NCBI GenBank assembly: GCA_963713975.1
Contig: OY970218.1
Span: 800,001-864,000, forward strand
Direction of reading: 5' to 3'
DNA: 64,000 nt
Source: an uncultured Chloroflexia bacterium
GTDB taxonomy: Bacteria; Chloroflexota; Limnocylindria; Limnocylindrales; CSP1-4
How positions within the stretch are numbered: position 1 is the first letter of the stretch; each line of letters starts with the position of its first letter. A model generated the notes under the pieces. The model did no database searches, was not told where the DNA came from, and saw nothing but the letters and a program-made list of their open reading frames with translations. Position numbers and translations under genes: made by a program. Shown one piece after another: positions 57,686 to 64,000 of this stretch.

Positions 57686-57961
57686 ATGGGCGAGAAGGGC
57701 AACGCTATCGAGACCCTCACCGGAACCGGTGCGGTTGACGGCAACCCGCTGGAGGCGCTCGGCGCACTTCCACTCGGGTTCCTCAAGGAGTCGCCGGGCG
57801 TCGTGAAGGACTGGAGCGAGGCGTACCTGCGCTGGCGCGAGATCCAGGACAGTCGCGCGACGATCGCCACGACCGCCGCAGAGCAGGCGCTTGGCATCAC
57901 AACCGATGGGACGGCTGGCAGCGACGGCGTCGGCGGCGCTCCCACCGGGCCCGCCGCCTGA
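57686..57961 (+). CDS. Small hypothetical protein (91 aa)
   Basis: AAGGAG RBS; MGEKGNAIETL...VKDWSEAYLRWREIQD...GGAPTGPAA. Confidence 0.7.
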   Translation: MGEKGNAIETLTGTGAVDGNPLEALGALPLGFLKESPGVVKDWSEAYLRWREIQDSRATIATTAAEQALGITTDGTAGSDGVGGAPTGPAA

Positions 57962-58014
57962 TCCGCGGCGCCTGAACCCGACCCCTCGGCCCCCACCCGC
58001 GTCCCCAGCCCACC

Positions 58015-60666
58015 GTGAGCGGCGTTGCGCTGCCCGTCGGACATGCGCTTGTGCCCGATGCGCTCGTAGCAGCATGCAGTCGCGCCCGACGGTCCCGTGC
58101 GCTCGTGGACGAGCCGCGGACGGGTTCTCTCCTTGGCGTCGAGCACGAGTACCGGATCCTCGGCCCGGACGGCGACGCCGTCGACTTCCGCCACCTCCTG
58201 CCGGTGCTCCCGGTCGCGGGACGGGCGCTGGACCCGGCTGATCGATACGCCATTCGGCTGCCGTGGGGCGCCGTCCTGACTGCCGACGCCGCCGAGGCCG
58301 AGGTCGCGCTACCGCCGCTCGTGGTGCGACGTGGCACCGCGGGCCTGGCGACCTCCCTCGCCGCCCGGGCGCTCGCCGAGCTCGAAGACCTGCTGCCGGT
58401 GCGTCACACCGTGGACGGCTACTCGACCCACATCTCAATCGCGATGCCCACCGATGTCGCCGACGCTGCAGCCGAGCTCTACGTCCGCACCTTCGCGCCG
58501 GCACTGATGCTGTTGCTCGACGGCCGTGACGCGCCCGGACTCCTCGTCCGGCCGCGACCCGGGCGGCTGGAGCTGGGCGGCGACTTCCGGGTTGGCGCCG
58601 GACTGACGGCGGCGCTCGTCTTCGCGCTCGGCTCCGCGCTCGCGACGGCGCGGGCCGTTCGCGAGGCTCACCCGCGGGCACTGCCGCCGGTCGTCGAGGT
58701 CCGCGCGGAGCCGGCGGTGGAGCGCTACGGCTGGTACGTGGACCGCACAGCGTTCGCTGCAGATCTGTACTCGGGCGGCCGGACGACGCCACTGCGGCTC
58801 CGGCGCGGCGGAACGATAGCGGCCGGGGTGCTGCTGGCACAGGCGTGGGCCGTCGCCCGTCGTGAGCTCCGAGGGCGTGCCACCCGCGCGGAGCTCCGGC
58901 TCGTCGACGAGCTCGTGACCGGGCACCGCCCGCTGCCCACGGAGCTCGCTGCGGGCGTCGCTGGAGACCGCAACCCGCGGGCCGTGGCACAGACCGTCGT
59001 CGCCCGCTCGTTCCGGGCACCCGAGGGCCACCTGCTAGATGACATCATCCGGCCCGGGTTCACCCTGCGAGCGACGCTCGCGACCTGGGAGCTGGCGATC
59101 TTCGAGGTCACCGGCGCGCGGCGGGCGATCGTCGCCGTGCCTCGCCGGGAGCTCGGCGCCTTCCTCACCTGGGCCTCTACCGGCATGCTCGACGGTCCGC
59201 TTGCGCGCTTCCTGGCACATCCGAGCCGCGGCGACGTCCTGTGCAGCCGCACCGACGCGCTGGCCGGGACCCGCGCGTGGGATGGGATCGGAGACCCGCG
59301 GGCCCTGATCGCCGACGAGCCCGATGGCACGGGACGGGGATCCGGCACGGACGGCGCGACCGAGGTCGGGCGCGTGCTGGTCGGCGGCGTGCGTGTCGCC
59401 ACGGCCGCCGGCCGCCTCGCCGGGATCGATCTCGACGGCCCGGACCTGCCGGGTGACCGTCCCGGCAAGCGGAGCCGTCGGCTTGACCAGCGACGGGACG
59501 ACCGCGCCGACCAGCACCACGATGCGTCGCCACGCCCGAAGCCCCGACAGGAGGCAGCGCGATCAGTGACCGCGGCAGCCTCGAAGGCCGGGGTGCCGTT
59601 CGCCCCGATCGCCGCCGGGATCGTGGCGGTGGTGGGCATCGTTGCCGTCCTGGTCGTCTCAAACGTGCTTGGCGGGGGGATGCCATCGTCGCCCGAGCCC
59701 TCGCTCGTGGCCGCGGCCGCGGGCGGACCATCGGCCAGCCCGGATGCCTCCGCGATCGCAGTCCCGGCCGCGTCGGTGAGCCCGACGCCGCCGCCGCTTG
59801 GCCTGGCACGCGTCGTGGGTACCTACAACAACGGCGCCGACGACTCGTACCTGATCACCGTGGCGCCCGCCTGTGCCGAGGGCGCCTGTGACGGGACGGC
59901 CCAGGTGATGTCACTTCCCTTCGAGGCAGACGGCCCGCGAGCGTCCGTTGCGTTCCCGTTCGTCGACGCGGCCGGCATCTACTCGGGCGAAGGGACAGGC
60001 CCGGTTCCCGTCTGCCGCACGGCCGACGGCGCGGTGCTGACCGCTTCGCCCACCTACCGCCTCGATGGGTTCCGCCCGACCGCACAGGCCCTGGTGGACG
60101 GACAGTGGATCGCTACCGCGATCGCCGGCACGATCACGGTCGGCCCCGTGTCGACGGCGGTGGCCGGGACCACCTGCTCGTCAAGCGGCTCCTCTCAGGC
60201 CGTGGCGCTCGGCTGGCAGGACCCCGCCGTGACGCCGACACCGATCCCCACCGAGCCGCCGCTGGACCAGGCGCGCTTCGACGGCGACTACTCCCCGAAG
60301 GGCTTCCCTGACACCTTCCGCGTCGCGGCGTCATGCACCGAGGGCCCGTGCCCGGTGAACCTCACCATGCAGTACTGGATGGAGACGTCGGCAAAGCGCA
60401 TGAACACGCTCGAGCTTGCCAACGATGGCACCGGCTGGACCGGCTCGAGCACGTTCAAGGACCTCCGCTGCTCCAATGGCGCCCATGCCAACGTGACCGT
60501 CGACCTGCGTGACCTCCGGACGACCAGGCAGGAGCTGATCGACGGCGTGTGGACCGCGACTCGCCTCGAGGGCGCGTTCGTGCGCAAGAAGTTCAAGCAG
60601 TTCTCCGGGCCGGGCTGCACCGGCGAGACCCAGTCCAGCAAACTGACCCTCAACCGGAACCCCTGA
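58015..60666 (+). CDS. Membrane-anchored protein with N-terminal PafA/glutamate-cysteine ligase-like domain and duplicated extracellular domain
   Basis: GVEHEY, RLPWGAVLTAD..EAEV..PP, GYSTHISI, RPRPGRLE; single TM (~59600-59670); two Cys-containing repeats; start may be 58105. Confidence 0.7.
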   Translation: MSGVALPVGHALVPDALVAACSRARRSRALVDEPRTGSLLGVEHEYRILGPDGDAVDFRHLLPVLPVAGRALDPADRYAIRLPWGAVLTADAAEAEVALPPLVVRRGTAGLATSLAARALAELEDLLPVRHTVDGYSTHISIAMPTDVADAAAELYVRTFAPALMLLLDGRDAPGLLVRPRPGRLELGGDFRVGAGLTAALVFALGSALATARAVREAHPRALPPVVEVRAEPAVERYGWYVDRTAFAADLYSGGRTTPLRLRRGGTIAAGVLLAQAWAVARRELRGRATRAELRLVDELVTGHRPLPTELAAGVAGDRNPRAVAQTVVARSFRAPEGHLLDDIIRPGFTLRATLATWELAIFEVTGARRAIVAVPRRELGAFLTWASTGMLDGPLARFLAHPSRGDVLCSRTDALAGTRAWDGIGDPRALIADEPDGTGRGSGTDGATEVGRVLVGGVRVATAAGRLAGIDLDGPDLPGDRPGKRSRRLDQRRDDRADQHHDASPRPKPRQEAARSVTAAASKAGVPFAPIAAGIVAVVGIVAVLVVSNVLGGGMPSSPEPSLVAAAAGGPSASPDASAIAVPAASVSPTPPPLGLARVVGTYNNGADDSYLITVAPACAEGACDGTAQVMSLPFEADGPRASVAFPFVDAAGIYSGEGTGPVPVCRTADGAVLTASPTYRLDGFRPTAQALVDGQWIATAIAGTITVGPVSTAVAGTTCSSSGSSQAVALGWQDPAVTPTPIPTEPPLDQARFDGDYSPKGFPDTFRVAASCTEGPCPVNLTMQYWMETSAKRMNTLELANDGTGWTGSSTFKDLRCSNGAHANVTVDLRDLRTTRQELIDGVWTATRLEGAFVRKKFKQFSGPGCTGETQSSKLTLNRNP

Positions 60667-60745
60667 CAAGGCACCGGGCGCCTGACGCTCGGCGCGGACC
60701 GATGCAACAACAACACTGGAAGGGGAGGCAGCCATAGGCGCCGAG

Positions 60746-62452
60746 ATGCGGGACGCTCCGAGAGGGCTGCTTCCGATCGCCCGTTGGCTGCCGCGGTACG
60801 ACCGGCGGTGGCTTCGCGCGGACATCATCGCCGGGATCGCCGTCGTCGCGATGATCGTGCCCAAGGACCTCGGCTATGCCGAGATCGCCGGCGTGCCGGT
60901 CCAGAACGGGCTGTATGCGGCGGCCGCGGGCGCGATCATCTACGCGCTGTTCTGCACGTCGCGCCACATCTCGACCGGGCCGAGCTCGTCCCTCGCGACC
61001 GTCGCCGGCGGTGCGGTGATCGTGACCGGCATCACCGGTGACGATGCGGCGCAGCTCGTGGCGGCCATCACGCTCGTGACCGGCGTGCTGTTCCTGGCGC
61101 TCGCCTTGCTCCGGATGGGATGGATCGCCCAGTTCCTCTCGAAGGCCGTGGTCACCGGGTTCCTGGCGGGGGCCGCGATCGACGTCGTGGTCGGTGAGCT
61201 GCCGAAGCTGACGGGAACGTCCGGGGAAGGTGACAACGTGTGGCGTGAGTTCGCGTCATGGATCGGTGGCCTCGGCGAGACCAACCTGACGACGCTGGCC
61301 GTCGGTGTCGTCGCGCTTGCCGCAGTCCTCGCCCTCCGATTCCGGGCGCCCAAGGCCCCGGGAGCGCTCGTCCTCGTGATCGGGGGGCTGCTCGTGTCGT
61401 ACCTGTTCGATCTGGGCGCGCGCGGCGTTGCGCTCGTGGGCCCGGTACCGAGTGGGCTGCCGATCCCACAGCTGCCGAGCCCGGAGCTTGCCCTGCAGCA
61501 CGTCCCCGAGATCCTCATCGCGGCGGTGGCCCTGCTCCTGATCGGGTTCTCGCAGACCGCCGGTGATGCCCGGTCGTTCGCAACCCGGCACCGGTACCGG
61601 ATCGACGTGAACCAGGAGGCCGTGGCCCAGGGGATGGCGAACGTCGGCGCCGGGTTCCTCCAGGGGATGCCGGTGTCGACCAGCCTGTCGGCGAGCTCGC
61701 TCAACGAGTCGGCCGGTGCGCGGACACCCGTGGCCTCGCTCACCACGGGCGTGCTCGTGATCCTGACGCTGATCCTGCTGGCGCCGGTCTTCTCGCAACT
61801 GCCAAAGGCCGTCCTCGGGGCGATCATCATCGATGCCGTCGTGTTCGGGATGATCGACGTGCCCGAGTTCGCCCGCCTGCGCCGCGTGTCGCGGTTCGAC
61901 TTCTGGGTCGCCCTGGCGGCCGTCGTTGGCGTGCTCTCCTCGGGCGTCCTGTTCGGGATCGTCATCGGGATCGTGCTTTCACTCGGCTGGCTCGTCTACG
62001 TGTCCACGAGGCCCGCGATGCCGCTCCTGGGGCGGGAGCCCGGGACGCAGGTGTTCCGCGACATCGCCCTCAACCCCGCCGACGAGACATTCCCCGGGAT
62101 CGAGGTGATCCGCCTTGACGGCGGCCTGTTCTTCGCCACGGCTGAGGCGTTCGATGACCGCATCCGAGGACTCATGGCGGGTGATCAGCGGCTCACCGCC
62201 CTCGTGCTCGATCTCGAGGGCGTGGGGTTCATGGACTCCCAGGGCGCGTCGAAGGTCACGGAGATCCGCGACTTCACGGAAGCGGAGGGCGTCACCCTGC
62301 GGCTGGCCCGGGTGAAGCCGCACGTGCGTGACGTGCTCAGGGCCCAGGGCGTCCTCGACCGGATCGGTGACGACCATGTCCACGGCAATGTCCATCGGGC
62401 GGTCGAAGCCCAGATTGCCCAACGCGCCGATGACGAGGCCACGACGACCTGA
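60746..62452 (+). CDS. SulP family inorganic anion transporter with STAS domain
   Basis: DIIAGIAV...P..LGYA, GLYA, STGP, NQE..AQG.AN, STAS LFFATAE/FMDSQG. Confidence 0.95.
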   Translation: MRDAPRGLLPIARWLPRYDRRWLRADIIAGIAVVAMIVPKDLGYAEIAGVPVQNGLYAAAAGAIIYALFCTSRHISTGPSSSLATVAGGAVIVTGITGDDAAQLVAAITLVTGVLFLALALLRMGWIAQFLSKAVVTGFLAGAAIDVVVGELPKLTGTSGEGDNVWREFASWIGGLGETNLTTLAVGVVALAAVLALRFRAPKAPGALVLVIGGLLVSYLFDLGARGVALVGPVPSGLPIPQLPSPELALQHVPEILIAAVALLLIGFSQTAGDARSFATRHRYRIDVNQEAVAQGMANVGAGFLQGMPVSTSLSASSLNESAGARTPVASLTTGVLVILTLILLAPVFSQLPKAVLGAIIIDAVVFGMIDVPEFARLRRVSRFDFWVALAAVVGVLSSGVLFGIVIGIVLSLGWLVYVSTRPAMPLLGREPGTQVFRDIALNPADETFPGIEVIRLDGGLFFATAEAFDDRIRGLMAGDQRLTALVLDLEGVGFMDSQGASKVTEIRDFTEAEGVTLRLARVKPHVRDVLRAQGVLDRIGDDHVHGNVHRAVEAQIAQRADDEATTT

Positions 62453-62518
62453 GCCATACCGGAACAGCTTCGCCATCGCGTGCTTCGAACTGCTCCGCAT
62501 CGAATATGCTCCGCCGCC

Positions 62519-63166
62519 ATGGGCGACCTGCAGATCCTCCCCGCGACCACGGAACGCTGGCCGGACATCGAGCTGCTCCTGGGCGGCGATGGCGACCGGG
62601 GCTGCTGGTGCCAGGCTTGGCGCGGCCCGGTGACGGCGTTCGGCCTACCCAAGGGCGAGTCGTCCCGCGAGGCGCTGCGGCTCCAGCTCTCGTTCGACGT
62701 CCCACCCGGGTTCATCGCCTACCTGGACGATGAGCCCGTCGGATGGTGCGGGGTGGGCATCCGCACGGAGACGCCGCGCCTCCGGCATTCGCGCACGATC
62801 CCCGCCATCGACGGTCGTCCGGTCTGGTGCATCGGCTGCTTCAGGATCCGGGTCGGCTACCGGCGGAAGGGCGTGGCGAGCGCGCTGCTGGCCGGCGTGA
62901 TCGACGCCGCACGCGACGCCGGGGCGCCCGGGTTGGAGGCCTACCCCATCGATCCGGGCGGTCGGCGGGTGGACGTGAGCCTTGGCTTCGTGGGGATCGC
63001 ATCGATGTTCGACCGGGCGGGCTTCCGTCGCGTCGTCCAGACCGACGCCCACTCGGCCGGCCTGCCACGGATCCTCGTCCGCCTGGACATCGACGACCCG
63101 GCACCCTCAACCGGCGGACCGCGGGCGGGCGCCCCTAGCCTTGCTCTGCCCGACCCGAGGTCTTGA
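62519..63166 (+). CDS. GNAT family N-acetyltransferase
   Basis: GCWCQAWR, PVGWC, CFRIRVGYRRKGVA, LEAYP. Confidence 0.9.
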   Translation: MGDLQILPATTERWPDIELLLGGDGDRGCWCQAWRGPVTAFGLPKGESSREALRLQLSFDVPPGFIAYLDDEPVGWCGVGIRTETPRLRHSRTIPAIDGRPVWCIGCFRIRVGYRRKGVASALLAGVIDAARDAGAPGLEAYPIDPGGRRVDVSLGFVGIASMFDRAGFRRVVQTDAHSAGLPRILVRLDIDDPAPSTGGPRAGAPSLALPDPRS

Positions 63167-63342
63167 GCCCGGAGGGAAGCCGGCGGGTGATCCCACCTCC
63201 ACCGTGTCGTGCCGCTCCGGCGCCCGAACCGTCGGGTAGGCGGCGTGTCCCGTTTCGGTGAATCGTCCGGATACCCGGCGCCCGGCGAGCCGTCATGCCG
63301 CTCCCGACCCGGATGTGCTTCGAGCTTGCCATCTCGCGCGCC

Positions 63343-64000
63343 TCAGTCGAGCACGAACCAGGACACGACGGCCGACGAGGTCAGCGTGGTGTTCAGGTAG
63401 ATCGTGAACTTCCCCGCGGCCGGGACGACGGCCCGGACCCAGCGGCCCGACTCGCTCGTGGCAAGCACAGCGAAGACCTTGCTGGACGTGGTCACGCCGG
63501 CCAGCGCCTTGGTGTAGCTCGACTTGCCCTTGGCCATGCTCTGGCGACCGGACCGGCTGAACTGGACCTTGCCGGTGACCTTCAACGCCAGCTGGGAGTT
63601 CGTCGGAGCCCAGGCCCATACGCCCACGCTCCCCGCGTTGCTGTTGGCGTCACCCTCGACGCCGACGTACCCGTAGCCGATGACGCCGCTGCCACCACTG
63701 CCAAGGACGCCGACGTCGGGACTATCACCCCAGACGCCGGTCGCCGACAGGTTCGGATCTGGGTGGGCTGGAGCCGACCCGAAGACGCCCGTATGGCCTG
63801 TGTGCTCGGGGAGGAACCAGCTTGCATCCGGGGGGCTGACGCTCCAGCCCACCACGCCGCCGCCTCCGGCGCCAGTCCCGAGAACTCCATAGCCGAAACC
63901 CGTCCCGGTGGCCGCGCCGGCGAGGGCCGTACTGTCGGCCCCGGAGTCGGTGACGGAGGTGGTTGCAGTCGTCAGGTTGTCCGTGCCCTTGACGACGTCG
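63343..64000 (-). CDS. Gly-rich hypothetical protein, partial (5' end outside window)
   Basis: Frame open from the window edge; GVxG repeats; C-terminal ALKVTGKVQFSRSG...VSWFVLD. Confidence 0.75.
   Translation of the reverse strand, partial: DVVKGTDNLTTATTSVTDSGADSTALAGAATGTGFGYGVLGTGAGGGGVVGWSVSPPDASWFLPEHTGHTGVFGSAPAHPDPNLSATGVWGDSPDVGVLGSGGSGVIGYGYVGVEGDANSNAGSVGVWAWAPTNSQLALKVTGKVQFSRSGRQSMAKGKSSYTKALAGVTTSSKVFAVLATSESGRWVRAVVPAAGKFTIYLNTTLTSSAVVSWFVLD

Overview
High-GC (~70% by eye) bacterial chromosome segment. Gene content suggests a monoderm, Actinobacteria-like or Chloroflexota (Limnocylindria-like) organism; this is inference, as no rRNA or other phylogenetic marker is present. About 55 genes: housekeeping and metabolism (glutamate dehydrogenase, type III glutamine synthetase, PLP transsulfuration enzyme, ResB, SCO, acyl-CoA ligase-GNAT fusion, SulP), two two-component systems, two cell-wall enzymes and two tRNA-Pro genes. 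Main signals: (1) the 16-nt 3' end of tRNA-Pro(CGG) recurs four times in direct orientation (16549, 18009, 21221, 30235). These copies split ~17.7 kb into four cargo segments, two ending in C-terminal remnants of a serine recombinase whose reading frame runs through the att core, i.e. a tRNA-anchored tandem island/cassette array with no intact integrase in the window. (2) A predicted receptor-like protein joins a cytoplasmic PafA/GCS-fold ligase domain, one TM helix and a duplicated Cys-containing extracellular domain, directly after a small orphan gene. (3) Two variant c-di-GMP-II-like riboswitches. (4) A gdh / metallothionein-like / GreA-like / wHTH-histidine-kinase / OmpR locus with a mirrored operator. 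(5) A 128-bp palindromic intergenic element present twice. All protein family calls come from motif recognition by eye, not database searches.
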